Source: Eledone cirrhosa (lineage: Eukaryota). From it: DNA of 64,000 bases. The DNA is taken from positions 289,664,001 through 289,728,000 of the forward strand of contig OZ024742.1 of the NCBI GenBank assembly GCA_964016885.1. Direction: 5' to 3'. The translations under genes and the position numbers were made by a program. Below the pieces are notes generated by a model. That model ran no database searches, was not told the origin of the DNA, and saw only the letters and a list, made by a program, of their open reading frames with translations. Position 1 is the first letter of the stretch; every line of letters begins with the position of its first letter. Below are positions 40,140 through 52,674 of this stretch, piece after piece.

Positions 40140-40675
40140 TAATATAGTAAGGTGTTTGATATAGTTATAGTATAGTGTTTGATTAATGTAGCTATAGTAT
40201 GGTGTTTAATGTAGTTATAGTATGGTGTTTAATGTAGTTATAGTACAGTGGTTAACCCTTTAGTATTAACATTACTCTATATTTACTATTGTATTTGTGT
40301 GGTAAAGGCTTTACCTCACATAATATTGAATCTATGAGATTTTGATATTATTTATGTTGAGAACAATACCTTAACATAAGTATGAGTGGCCGGTTACAGC
40401 CAGTTTAATCAGAAAGAGGTGAGAGAATTCTGGCTGGATACGGCCGGTTTAAATGATAATGGGTTAATGTAGTTATAATATGGTGTTTAATGTAGTTATA
40501 GAATGGTGTTTAATGTAGCTATAGTATAGTGTTTAATGTAGTTATAGTATGCCATTTAATGAAGTTATTACAGTGTGGTGTTTAATGAAGTTATTAGTGT
40601 AGTGTTTAATGAGATTTTTAGTGTAGTTATTACAATGTGGTTAAAGTATGGTATTTAATTAATGAAGTTATATAT
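40140..40675. repeat. Minisatellite of about 23 bp (TATAGTATGGTGTTTAATGTAGT) interrupted by an insertion
   Basis: Tandem copies at 40140-40250 and 40465-40675. Confidence 0.8.
40252..40467. mobile_element. Putative piggyBac-type MITE
   Basis: TTAA-CCCTTTAGTATT ... AATGATAATGGG-TTAA: TTAA flanks and imperfect CCC/GGG terminal inverted repeats; interrupts the minisatellite. Confidence 0.45.
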
Positions 40676-41080
40676 ATAACTCTTAACATCTTGTAATGAT
40701 TTAGCAGAAAATATCTAAAAACATGTTTGTTAATTCAAATGTTTATAGCATCTTTGCTGGTGGACAGATTGTAAAAATTTGCAGTAAACTAAAGTAAAGA
40801 CTTAATATTTAACATGATGCAGTTACCAACTCGGCCAAAACCAGCTCTGGTTCTATGAAATAAAATCACCCATTTTAAAGGTTTCCAATTTAAATTAAAA
40901 TCTCCCAAAATAATTTTATGTAAGGACCTTACATTAAATTACTATCTTAGTAATGAAATAATTAATAATTTTAGTAAATCCCTTAAAATTCTTCATTAAT
41001 TAATTAAAATAGTGAGTATTTCATTAAAAATGCAGTTATGAAAAAGGTTAACAGATTTTGAAAGGATCAATAATTACTAC

Positions 41081-41247
41081 CTTTGAGGTTAAGGTTCATG
41101 AGTATATCTTTCTCATAATTCACAGAAGACAGATTATTTTCTATCTCAAATGAAGTCACTGACAACATATCATCGTCCTTTAGTACATCAGAACTGTCCA
41201 GAAAACCAAAACCACTCAAGTCATCCAACATTACTTCAGAAGGTTTA
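41081..41247 (-). CDS. Exon 5: KPSEVMLDDLSGFGFLDSSDVLKDDDMLSVTSFEIENNLSSVNYEKDILMNLNLK
   Basis: Acceptor gttgtag, donor gtagta, 167 nt, phase 2/1. Confidence 0.82.
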
Positions 41248-41335
41248 CTACAACGTAACACAACACAATATTAAAGTCAGCCTACATTTCTTCAGAAGGT
41301 TTACAACAAACACAAATAATTTTTCAAGTTAACAT

Positions 41336-41954
41336 GGACAGGCATGGCTACAGTGGTTAAGGAATTTGTTTTGCAACAATTTTAGTTTCAGGTTCAGTCT
41401 CATTGAACGACACTTTGGGCCTAAGATTGACCAATGACTTGTGAGTGAAATTTGATAGACAAAAATCATAGAAACCTGTGTAAGGACACCATGTCTAAAA
41501 GGGTTGAGGACCCTTCAGCTGTGTCAAAAATACAACCACTCTAGTGTTGGTGATCTGTAGAAAAAACACAGCCAGTACACTCTGTAAAGTGGTTGGCGAT
41601 AGAAAGGGCATCCAGCCATAGAAAGCTTACCAAACAAATGGTTGGAAGGACCCTTTAGTGTCAAGAACAAGACAATCTCCCTAGTGCTGGTGATCTACAT
41701 GATAAAAGCACCCTGTACATGCTGTAAAGTGGCATGGACATGTGATGCATATGGATATGATTGTTGGATGAAGAAATGCCAGCTGTAGAAAGTTTGCCAA
41801 ACAAGGGGTTGGGAGGTCAGAAGTCCTACTTCAGTATTGACTTGGTCATGAAGACATGTCCAACCTTTGCTAGCAGGGAAAGCAGACTTTAAATGATGAT
41901 GATGATATCAACATCATCATCGTTTAACATCTATCTTCCACGCTAGCATGAGTA

Positions 41955-41988
<34 letters not shown>

Positions 41989-42120
41989 TCATAATCATCA
42001 TTTATGCATCCACTTTCCCTGCTAGCAAAGGTTGGACAAGTCTTCATATTTTTTTTCTGGACGGATGCCCTTCCTACAACCAGCCACTTTACAGAGTGGA
42101 TTAAGTAGGCCACAGTGAGC
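41336..42120. mobile_element. Cluster of degenerate SINE and RTE-3'UTR-related repeats
   Basis: tRNA-like head (TGGCTACAGTGG...GGTTCAGTC), the motif GTAAAGTGGTTGG..AAGGGCATCCAG shared with RTE 3' UTRs, and (GAT)n tails in both orientations. Confidence 0.6.
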
Positions 42121-42466
42121 TTTGAACCAGAACCAATACTGCAAAGCATCTCATCCAACACATGTATGTATGCATATGTGATTGTGTATCTGTATTTATG
42201 CTTACAATACAGGTTTAAATATTTAGCTTTCTATTATAAATGGTTCCATCTACAGCCATCAATCTTATATACATCACAGAGAGAGACAAACAGACAGATA
42301 ACACTGTTGGCAAAGAACAATGACTTCTAGCATGAATGAAAACATTTTCTTCCATTGCAGCATTTGTATGAGAGACAAAGATGGCTACCAATATAATACA
42401 GGTTGGTTATTTATTTGGGTGGGAAACGAAAGATTTTCACAATAACAAAAAGCTACATATACTTAC

Positions 42467-42804
42467 GTTTGCTGTGATGTGGATTGTGGAATCTCGGCAT
42501 TCTGTTGAACTGGGGGTGATAGACTGGTGGATTCAATACATTTTGATGTGTCAACTATTTTAGGTTCTTCTAAAGTAACAAGCTGAATGACATCATCATT
42601 GTAATCAACAGATTCATCTCTGGCTTCCATATACTTTCCTCCTGTAATGTGAGCATCTTTCTTGTCAACAGACAATGGTACTACTATATTTTCTGGAGAT
42701 TCCTTCCTCATTTGAAACAAGTCTTCAGATAGTTTAGCCACAACTGCAGCATCCCCAGTGGTATCTTTTGTTCTGGCATCAATTTGATCTTCTGAAAATG
42801 GTTC
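42467..42804 (-). CDS. Exon 4: EPFSEDQIDARTKDTTGDAAVVAKLSEDLFQM...PQSTSQQ (low complexity, probably disordered)
   Basis: Acceptor ttttaatag, donor gtaagt, 338 nt, phase 0/2; contains ORF 42463-42741. Confidence 0.85.
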
Positions 42805-43014
42805 CTATTAAAATAAACATTGAAATATTTCTAATAAGTTTGTGTTCCTAAATTAATGAGTAATTATAATTTATATCTACGAATTTTGAGGGAAAATTTT
42901 TAAATATATATATATATAAACACTTTAAAACAAACAGTTTTCAGGTGATTTGGTATTAACATACTCAAACTGAAAAGAAATGAAGAAACTCTCTGCATTA
43001 ATTCCTTGTTATTA

Positions 43015-43430
43015 CATTGCCCTGAGATACTTGAACTTCTCGACTTTCTTCAGTGTAACTCCATTCAAATGCAGAGTGCACTGTGCAGGCTTTATTGAGA
43101 GGACAAGTGTCTCAGTCTTCGCAGCACTGATTTCCATTCCTGCTGTGCAGCACTCAATACCAAACCTATCCAGTGTATGTTGAAGAATACCTTCCAAAGA
43201 GTTAAGTAGTACCATGTCATTTGTAAATTCCAACTGACTGATCTTACACCTGCCAGTCTTGATACCACTTCAAACCCAGCTGTACAAGTCAATCTTATTC
43301 ATGAAGATTATGAACAGGAAAGGTGACAGTATGTACCTTTTGACAGAGTCTGACATCCACATTAAATGGTTTTGACTTAGCACCAATTATCCAAACACAA
43401 ATACTAGAGCATTCGGATAGGGACTTCAAG
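43015..43430 (-). mobile_element. Degenerate RT fragment of a second RTE-like family
   Basis: FTNDMVLL...LQHTLDRF...GMEISAAKTE...LKKVEKFKYL (decayed FADD region); lacks the Cys finger insert of the other RTE copies. Confidence 0.78.
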
Positions 43431-43476
43431 GCAACAAGAAATCCCCAAAAGAAAATTGCTTACAATTAGTTACCCC

Positions 43477-43689
43477 TTAATTTAATGTCCTGTACAACAT
43501 GAAACCACATTAGCAAGACATTCTTGAAAATTACAAAGTAGTCACATGGCATTAAAAATTACGGTCTTTATTCTAATACTGCGAATTTTCACAATGATCT
43601 CTCCCATAGTAAAAATACTATAAACATTTCAATTAACAAATGTTTTCAGATATTTTTTGCTAAATTATTTACAGGATGTTAAGAGTTAA
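43477..43689. mobile_element. TTAA-flanked MITE-like repeat; related partial copies near 32806, 40677 and 45610-45800
   Basis: The right end TACAGGATGTTAAGAG-TTAA is the reverse complement of ends seen at 32806, 40677 and 45610; internal sequence is shared with 45623-45795. Confidence 0.55.
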
Positions 43690-43780
43690 ACACACACAAA
43701 CTACAACAATTGCTGTTAATGTTGGTTCATGCTGCATCCAAACATGCACATCACAAATATTAATAATAATAATAATAATA

Positions 43781-44047
43781 TTGAAGGTGGAAAACTGGGA
43801 GAGGACACTTGACCTGGTGGTCAGGGTCACCGTAGCTTTTTTTAATGGGCTTTCTCGATGATGGCCCTCGGAAGTCTCCCCGCTATTGGGGAATTTTTCA
43901 TTGTTCTTTTATTACATCCACTGTTTTTTGTTTTTTTTACATGCAGAAATGCCCATTTGTACCGTCCTATATTGTCATGTACTGTCCTTAATGTCTACTT
44001 TGTGTTAACCCTTGTGGTTAATAAAGAAAGCATTATTATTATTATTT
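43781..44047 (+). mobile_element. Tx1/L1-like LINE 3' UTR-only copy with (ATT)n tail
   Basis: Similar to 44506-44770; AATAAA followed by (ATT)n. Confidence 0.75.
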
Positions 44048-44770
44048 TGGGATAAACTCTACAGGCATGGAGGTGCCGTCAGCCGGGCATATCCGAGATG
44101 CGCGCAGGGCGACGAAACCGTCCTGCATGCATTCGTCCAGTGTCCGAGCATTGCTGACTTGTGGGTTTATGTCAAACACCTGCTATCGCGTGTAGGACGG
44201 ATCCAGCTATCAGCTGAGTCCATCGTGAGGATTGCCCCGCCCTCTTCTTTTAGCCGGGAAGGGCAGGCAATTTTTATCTGTCTGGTGGCCATGGCGAAAG
44301 AGATAGTATGGTGGACACGTTTGAAAGGGCTGAAGATGAGCACTTACCTCTTCGGTGATGCCCTGATTAACTTTTTCAAATTTCATTTGAAAAGGAAAAT
44401 CAGGGTAGAGAGGGAAATGCCTTCCAAGCATTTTGTTGAAAGATGGGTGAGAGAGGCAAGAATGGCCCGAATGAATGGGCCTACTCTGAGTATGTGTCTG
44501 TAAATTAAAGGTGGAAAACTGGGCGAGGGCACTTGCCCTGGTGGTCAGGGTCACTGTGGCTTTTTAATGGGCTTTCTCCACGAATGTTCCTCGGAAGTCT
44601 CCCCTCTATTGGGAAATTTTTCATTGTTATTTTTTTGTTACATCCTCTGTTTTTGTTTTTTACACGCAGAAATACCCATTTGTACCGTCCTGTATTGTCC
44701 TGTACTGTACTTAATGTCTACTTTATGTAAACCCTTGCGGTTAATAAAGAAAGCATTATTATTATTATTA
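44048..44770 (+). mobile_element. 5'-truncated Tx1/L1-clade LINE (C-terminal zf-RVT region, 3' UTR, (ATT)n tail)
   Basis: DKLYRHG..YPRCAQGDETVLHAFVQC..LW matches the CxxC-x8-H-x4-C knuckle with the first Cys changed to Tyr; stop at 44503; AATAAA and (ATT)n tail. Confidence 0.8.
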
Positions 44771-45989
44771 TAATTATATCATTGAGTTTGTTAAAGACAA
44801 GCTTTGATAATTATGTATTAGTTATTATTATATAAAATACTAAGCTTATTTAGTGGAAGGATCTAAAAATGAAATTAGCCATTGTTGGCCCACATTTACC
44901 ACAAATTAACTTAACCACACACCTTTTCTCAGAGATAGGAACAGTCTGATTAAAAAAATATTTTTCTGAAAATATAAACTTATAAAAATATTAATTAGTG
45001 ATAGCATTAACACAGCATCCTTCAGAATATGCACCTTTTTGATATAGATATACAGAAGGTGAAACAGTTTGTTGTTATTGTTGTTGTTATTACAGCTCAC
45101 ACTTATGTAGGTTTATAACTATTTTTCCAGTGACAAGAGGTGGGTTTTGTGTTTCACTTGAGAAAGTGATATTTAGTATAATCAAGTTGTGTATTTTAAT
45201 ATCTAACTTTAAACCATGTAACAATTATAGTCAAAATTTAGTTCCACATATCACTCTGTTGTCATAACAACAGTTTTCTTCCTAGTAAACTTTTCTTCAA
45301 GACACCCGAAATACAAATTGAGAAAAATATTAGATAAACAATCATTGTAACTGCTTCCCACTAACTTAGATAGTTTACTATACCTGTATAACTTGATGAG
45401 AGCTTTAACGCTGATGAAGGGACAAATTGCCTTTGTCATATGTGACTAGAAATAACACTCACATTATCTTCTTCATCCTTCTCAACAACATTGCCATTTG
45501 AATCTGGTTCATATAAGTAGCTCTGCCGTAGTTCACCCATAGATCTTGATAACTGAGTCTCTTTCACAAACAAGAAGCCCTCAGTCACCTGCTAAGCAAA
45601 GACAATCCATTAGCTCTTAACATCCTGTACCACATGAAACCGTATTAGCAAGACATTCTTGAAAAGTACAAAACAGAATTATGACAGCATCACATTAAAA
45701 ATTAAAGTGTTTACTCTAATACTATAAATTTTCACAACAATGTGTCTACTAGTAAATTAACAAACTCATTTTTAGATGTCTGCTAAATCATTACTATAAT
45801 TCTAATGAAAGACTCTGTCTTTAATTTTCAAATCAATTTTGAAAATAATCTAGAATTTGGAGACATTTAGTAATATAAAGTAATATTGTTATACTTTGGG
45901 AGGGTCATGTTGCCAATAAGAAACACACACACCAGTTGCTTTCACTTCAATTTATTATAATAAATTTATAAATTTAGGAATTTATAAAT

Positions 45990-48900
45990 TTCCGGTTGGT
46001 TGGTTGGTTCCACAACCAGATGGTTGTTTATATATTGTCAAAGTTCTTTCGTCACACATTCTGTGACCTCTTCAGTGACTGGGGATTATTTTCTTTGTTT
46101 TTGTACCTCTCCTTTGTTCTGTCCTATGCCATCTTGTTTCTGTGTGTGTGTTGTGTGCTCAGTCTGCGCATGCGCCACATCCGGGTGTCTGTGTGTGTTT
46201 ATATTCGTTTATTTATTTGTTTATTTACATGTTACAGGTTGGTTGTTTGTTCTATGTGCATGTGTGTTTTCATTTTGTCCTTAATTGTAAGTTGTGATGT
46301 TGCTGTTCCACTCATGTTTTCTATTTAATTTTGGTTGTAATTCTTTTATGTTTATTGCCTCTGTGATTTGTCTAAACATTGCATCTTTTCTTGTGTGTAG
46401 ATTCTATTTTTATTTCTACGTTCTCTAATTTACCCTTATGTTCTATTTTAGCATGTTGGTAGAGTACAGATGATTCTTTACTATCTTGAAGGTCTTGCCA
46501 GTGTTCATTTATCCGTTCCCCTACACTACGAGCTGTCTCACCTATGTACACTATATTTTTGTCTCTACATTGTCCTTCAGTACATCTTATGCTATATACT
46601 ACATTTCTAGTTTTACAGTTAATATGGGGGCTTAATTTACAGGTTATACATTTCTTATCTATACAGGGGGGTCTTTGAAAAGGGTATGCCTTGCTAATAA
46701 GTGTTTTTACGGAGGTACCTGGTCTTTCTACTATCTTAATATTGAGTTTATGTTTATCTAGGGCCCTTCTAAATTTGTAAGCTAATTCACCTCTAGGGGT
46801 TGTATCGATGAACATTACACTCTGGTATTTATTGCTATCATACCATGAGTTTATTCTATTAGCCTTATTCCTAGTTCTTTCTATTCTATTCCCAAATTTT
46901 CTCCTATACAAGGGGCAGGTCCCATTTGTGTCATTATTTACCATTTTTTCCCATTTGGTTCTGGCTCCTCTATACACTCTGATTTTATCTCTCTGATTGT
47001 AACCAGAGAACTGCATACGGTGGATGAAGTGTTGTATGTGTCTCTCTAGTTCTTCGGGGTTGCACATGCGGGACACGTTTCTCATCACCCGTACCAAATC
47101 CACAATCAGTATGTTGATTTTGGTATGGTCCGAAACAGCTGAGTTTCGGTGGATCAGATATTTGGAAGTCATGGGTTTGGCATAATGGGAATGGAGGATT
47201 TGTTTTTTGTTATTAATGGTATCTAACCAGAGCTCTGTGTCTAGTAAAGGTAATCGATGGTTGGAGTGTTTACTTGGGTAGTCTATAGTAACTCTAATAC
47301 TCTGGTGGATGGAGTTAGCTATTTGCTGGATGCTTTCCATTGTGTTTTTCTCTAATTCCTGACTGTTCTCTAGTGGGGGTGTTTTAACTACGATGTTTAT
47401 ATCATCAACTTAGCGGGAGTACATTATCAGGGTTAAGGGGTCTTCTAATTGTTCTTTAAGTTTAAGTTTAAGTCTACTGTCCCACCATACCATGAATAAG
47501 TTAGCTATGTCGCCTGCAATGCTAACACCAATGGCTGCTCCTTCCTCTTGGGCATATGTTTTTCCATTAAATTTGAACATATGTTCCTTAAGGGTTAATT
47601 TTATGCTGGCCCCCACCGCATGTGCAATCATTTTCTTTAGTTCATTGTGGTTTTCGGGTGTCCGTATGGCTCTGGTCCACCCGTTCCATCTATCTGTGTG
47701 GGTTTTCTTGACTATTGAGGTAATGGTAGGTGGTCTGCCTCTTGCTGGTCTTGTAGGGCACAGGTTGCTAAGGTCATATGTGTCTAGGTAATTATTACTA
47801 TAGGTAAGTTTAAGTAGGAGTCCCAGCTCACTGGTATCAATCCCACGGAACTCATCATTGCTCTCACTGATCATTTCTACGCATTTCTCCACAGCAAAAT
47901 CCACGTCAATAGATGGATACAGGGACACAACATCCACACTACCTATTATGCAGTTTGTTAGGTCCCTAGATCGGTTACTCTCGCCGATTCTGCTGAGGAG
48001 GTCCTCTGTGCTGTCACATACATCTGGGGACATTTCAATGATGGGGTGTATGATCAGGGAGAGGAAGTAGGACAGTCTGTAGTTACTAGCAATGTTAGCT
48101 CCACAGACTGGCCGTGTTGGTGGTCCCGTGATAGGGTCACTGCCCGTTTTATGGTCTTTTCGAAGCCCATACAATGCTGGCACGTCATTGTTCCAGGCCT
48201 GGAAGTTGTTGGCAGTCCTTTTGTTGGGCTGCATTATATTCGTCCACATCACCATATGGGCATTGAGGGCTTTTTCTCTACCCTCATGCTCTTGTGGTGT
48301 TACTTCTCTTGTGTTAGTGATGTGGGGTTGCATTGCCTGGATGTAGTTTGGCAGACTGTCAACCGACATTCTGCCAGACTTGTCTGTTGGAAAGCATGCT
48401 ATCTCTCCATTACACGAGCGCTGCATGAGCTTACGCAAGCCATTTGCAGATTTTTCTCCCAGTTGCTGGGCCTCCATTCTATTATGCTTCTTGCTATACT
48501 GTTCTATAATATTTCTAAGTTTAGATCTAGCTATACTAAATTGTGCTTCTGTTTGTTCATCGACCTGCGACGGCAATTGCGTGCGTTTGTTAAAAGGTAA
48601 AGTCGTGGCGTGGACTCGTCGCAGGTCGAACGACTTATCGGAGGGATTATAAAAAGTTGAGTTCCAGGCTGCTGCTTTATGTGTACTAGTGCTATTGTTA
48701 TTGTTAGTTGTGTTGTTTCTATTTCTATTTCCACCAACAGCCTCATGGTTGTTTCTATGTCTCTCATTATTACTCCTGTCTCTTTCCTCTGGCTCATTGT
48801 TATTATCTACTCTATTTTGTGTGTCTGTGTGTTCGTCTTGGTTATTTTCTTTGTCCATAGTCTCCCTTCTCCTTTCAATCCTATTACCTTCCCTTATTTC

Positions 48901-49310
48901 TGTGCTACTGTCATTACCTGTTTTCTGTGTCTGTGTGTTTCTTAAGATTGTGGTGGTGGTGAGAGGCATTGAATGTGTGTGTGTTGTTGTTGTTGTTGTT
49001 GATGTGTGTTGTTGTTGATGTGTGTTGTTGTTGTCTCCATGTGTGTTATTATTGTTGTGTGTGTTGTTGTTGTTGTTGTTTGTGTCTGCGTGTCTGTTGT
49101 TGTTTCTGAGTATGTTATTATTGTTGATGTGTGTGTTGTTGTTATTGTTGTTTGTGTCTGTGCGTCTGTTGTTGTTGGGATGTGTGTTGTATATGTGTAT
49201 GCGTATGTTGTTACTTTTGTTTTTGTTTTTGAGGCTCCGACGTAATTTTGTAAATGATTTTTCTATTTCTGACAAACAACTAATTATATTTACCTTCTTG
49301 AATGTCGCTA
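45990..49310 (-). mobile_element. Penelope-like element (RT plus GIY-YIG endonuclease), disabled by one nonsense codon and one frameshift
   Basis: ORFs 47410-49275 and 46372-47340 are in one frame. Motifs TDKSG, LYGLRKDHK, RPV, DVVSLYPSI, GAAIG, SR*VDD, LPLLD, VVYSIRC..YIGETAR..R..EH. The frameshifted end DAMFRQITEAINIKELQPKLN finishes at 46281. Confidence 0.93.
46037..46079 (-). ncRNA. Minimal type I hammerhead ribozyme in the Penelope-like element 3' region
   Basis: Minus strand GTCA-CTGAAGA-G-GTCAC-AGAATGT-GTGAC-GAAA-GAAC-TT-TGAC: CUGANGA and GAAA cores, stem I GTCA/TGAC, stem II GTCAC/GTGAC, minimal stem III. Confidence 0.75.
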
Positions 49311-49952
49311 CTTAGGTGGCAGTTGTAATACAGATAATTCATCAGAATATAAAGTAACTTTCTCATTATTTAGCTGGTGCTTGGAACATAACACTTTAAT
49401 ACTTTCATTATCATATTTCTAATGAAAAATACTGCCTATGATTTTCAATAAATTTTAAAGATAATCAAGAATTATGGAAGGATTTTAGATAATGCCATAG
49501 AAGCAATGCTGGTGTCATAATAAAATATGCCCAGTCTACCCTGTAAGATGATAGTGGTAATGCTATGACAAAAATCCCTTGGTCCACAATGTAAGATGGT
49601 AGTGCTGGTGTCATGATAAAAATCACCCCGCCCAGTCAACTACACTGGTGGACTTTGCTGAATACACCCTGGGACCAATGTAGTGGTGTTAAATGAGGTG
49701 ATGGATAAGTCTACCCCTGTAGTGGACTCTACTAAAGACATCCAAGGATCAGGTGATGGCAATGCTAAATCACGCAATGGATTAAATCTACCACTGTAGT
49801 AGGCCCCACTACAGAAACCCAAGGACCAAGAGGTAGTGGAAGCAGTGGTGATGATGGTGGTGTTAAACTAGGTGACTTAGTTTATTGAATATTTCCATAG
49901 TTAGATGCCTACATTAACCTGATGGAGAGATTTTCAATGGGAGACAACTCAC

Positions 49953-50049
49953 CTGAGGATCGCTTTCTTTGTTTACCGGAGTCTTTTCCTCTTCAGCCTC
50001 AATTCCAGAACAAACATTGATTAGTTGGTCAACACGTTCTGTCACAAAT
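49953..50049 (-). CDS. Exon 3: (R)FVTERVDQLINVCSGIEAEEEKTPVNKESDPQ, completing the talin-like last helix
   Basis: Acceptor atctttag, donor gtgagt, 97 nt, phase 2/0. Confidence 0.87.
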
Positions 50050-50097
50050 CTAAAGATACAACAACAACACAATAATAAACAATAAAGAGAGCTATAA

Positions 50098-50296
50098 TTA
50101 CACATACACATTACATAACATATACATTATATATACACATATATACACTATATACACATTACATTCACATAACATGTACATTATATATATTCATACTATA
50201 TACACACTACATACACATTATATACACATAACATATACATTTATATATATACACTATATACACATAACATATACATATACACACTACATACACATT
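50098..50296. repeat. CA/TA-rich low-complexity minisatellite; resumes at 52386-52674 and 54954-55010
   Basis: TACACATAACATATACATT-type units split by the CR1 and RTE insertions. Confidence 0.85.
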
Positions 50297-50317
50297 AAAA
50301 AAAAACAAAAAAAAAAC

Positions 50318-52385
50318 ATCCCAAAAGTGCAATTTGGGAGACTGCAGGAGTCCATCTTGCCAGGAAAGAACGTCATAATGCTGAACGTGAGTACAAACTG
50401 CATAAATTAGATATCAATAGGAAAAAGTGAAATAAATCATCCAACCATCTCAAGCAGGTGACAAAAAAAAGGCAGTGCTTGAATTTGAGCAGCGCATAGC
50501 AACCAGCCCTGACAGTAAGGTGTTCTGGAAGTATGTTCACTGAAAGCAGAGGCCTCACTCTCCAGTTGGTCCTCTTCGCAATCCCCACACAAGCCAGGTT
50601 ACTGACGACCCCAAGGAATGCGCAGAACTCATTGCTGAATGCTATGCAGGCATTTTCACTGTTGAAGACCAGAGTGTACCATCTCAACCACCTCTGACAT
50701 CAGATTCTATTACAACTATGGAATGTACACCTGCAATGCTGTGATGTCACCTTAAAAATAAATGCAACCATGCATCTCCTGGGCTTGATGGTGTTATGTA
50801 CCTGCTTCTCAAACGTGGTGGGTACTTCCTTCTGCACCAGCTATCACGCTTCTTCCAATTCTGTCTGAACAACGGTGATACTCCAGAACAGTGGAAAACT
50901 GCCAGTGTCATTCCTCTGTTCAGAAAGTGTGATCGCACATCACTTGTGAACTATCATCCAGTCAGTCTTACTAGCTGCATTGCCAAACTGATGGAATCCT
51001 GTGTCAGAGAAACACTTTGGAACTTCTGGAACTCTCAGTCTTATCCGGCCCTCGCAATTTGGATTTATCCCTAACTCCAGCTGCTGTGATCAACTTATCA
51101 AGTTTCTTGAAAACATCACTCGGATCACTGATGGCGGCTCATGGATGGGTGTTGTTTACCTTGACTTTGCTAAAGCTTTCAATTCTGTGCCACACAAAAG
51201 ACTTATGGCAAAACTCTCTGCAATGGGTGTGAAAGATGATCTTTTTAACTGGTTGAAGTCATTCATTCTCAGTCGAAGAGAGATAGTCACGGTTCTGGGA
51301 CAGCATTCCTCACCATATGAGATGTCATCTGGTGTACCACAGGGATCTGTTCTTGGCCCCCTTTTGTTTGTGGCATATATTAATGACATAGATGCCAACT
51401 TAAAGAATGCCACACTTCTGAAATATGCAGATGACATCAAGCTGTACCTTGAGATAAAAAGGACAGATCCTGAACACTATAGATCTTGCTTGCAATCTGA
51501 CCTGGACAAAATGCAACAATGGATCATGGAGACTGGCAACTCAAGCTGGCTGTGGACAAGTGTACCACCGTGCATTTTGGTAAAAACCCAGTGTCCACAT
51601 ACTCCCTCCACAACACTACTATCAAGAAGTCTTCTTGTGAACGTAACCTGGGCATTACTGTCAGCAGCGATTTGCGTTGGATGAAGCACATCTCTAAAAT
51701 TGTCAAGAAGGCCGAGGGTGTCTTAGCATCACTCAGCAAGACCTTTGTCAGCCGCTCTCCAGCTATCTATTTAAAGCTGTACATGGCTATGGTGCGGCCA
51801 CACTTAGAATTTGCATCACCAGTCTGGAACCCCTATCTTGCTCAGAACATTGACCACCTGGAAACTGTTCAGAGACATGCAACCAAGCGAATACCCTCCA
51901 TCAGGCATGTACCATACTCTGAACGCCTTGCTTCCCTGGGCATGGATACATTGAAGCTCCAACGTCTGGCAATTGACTTCGTAAACACCCACAAAATTAT
52001 TAACCATCTTGCCAACCCTGAGTACCTTTTTGATTTCCATGTGTCTAACACACGTGGGCATGCCAACAAAGTCAGAAAACAGCACAGCTCCCATGACTTT
52101 CGGAAACATTTTTTCACGCTCAGAGTTGCTGAAGCATGGAACAAACTACCTGCATCAGTTGTTAGCTGTCGAGACACTGCATCCTTTAAAACCTCCATGC
52201 TTCCTGAGATTCGCCAACACTACACCTAATATTCCCCCTCCATACACATACACACATGTATATCATGACTCCTACACTATTCACTTCCCTGACATTTGTA
52301 TATTATTCTATGTACTATACCTGCACCTGTGATGAGTTGTAGTGCACCTGAGCACTTTACACAATAATTTCATTATTATTATTAT
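50318..52385 (+). mobile_element. 5'-truncated, frameshifted CR1-group LINE
   Basis: PVSLTS, QFGF, YLDFAKAF, GVPQGSVLGPLLF, YADDIKL, VRPHLEFASPVWNP, TRGH and WNKLP spread across ORFs 50796-51074, 51001-51684 and 51519-52229; (ATT)n tail. Confidence 0.92.
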
Positions 52386-52674
52386 ATACACATAACATAT
52401 ACATTTTTATATACACACCACATACACATAAAATGTACATTTATACATACACACTACATACACATAACATACATTTTTATATACACACTACATACACATA
52501 ACATATACATTTTTATATACACACTACATACACATGATATACACATAACATACATTTTTATATACACATTACATATACATTATTTACACATAACATATAC
52601 TTTTTTAGATACACACTACATACACATTATATACACACAACACATACATATTTATATATACATTATATACACAC

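Noticed and set aside
44923-44965. Possible 43-nt minus-strand exon (ttttcag...gtgtgt)
   Set aside because: Its phase 0/1 breaks the frame between exons 3 and 4, which already join in phase 0. It could only be a poison or decayed exon.
45251-45310. Exon-like segment CLEEKFTRKKTVVMTTE
   Set aside because: The acceptor position reads GG rather than AG and an in-frame stop follows.
49630-49870. Pro/Ser-rich minus-strand ORF next to exon 3
   Set aside because: It is a degenerate tandem repeat of about 75 bp, separated from exon 3 by a stop and lacking convincing splice sites.
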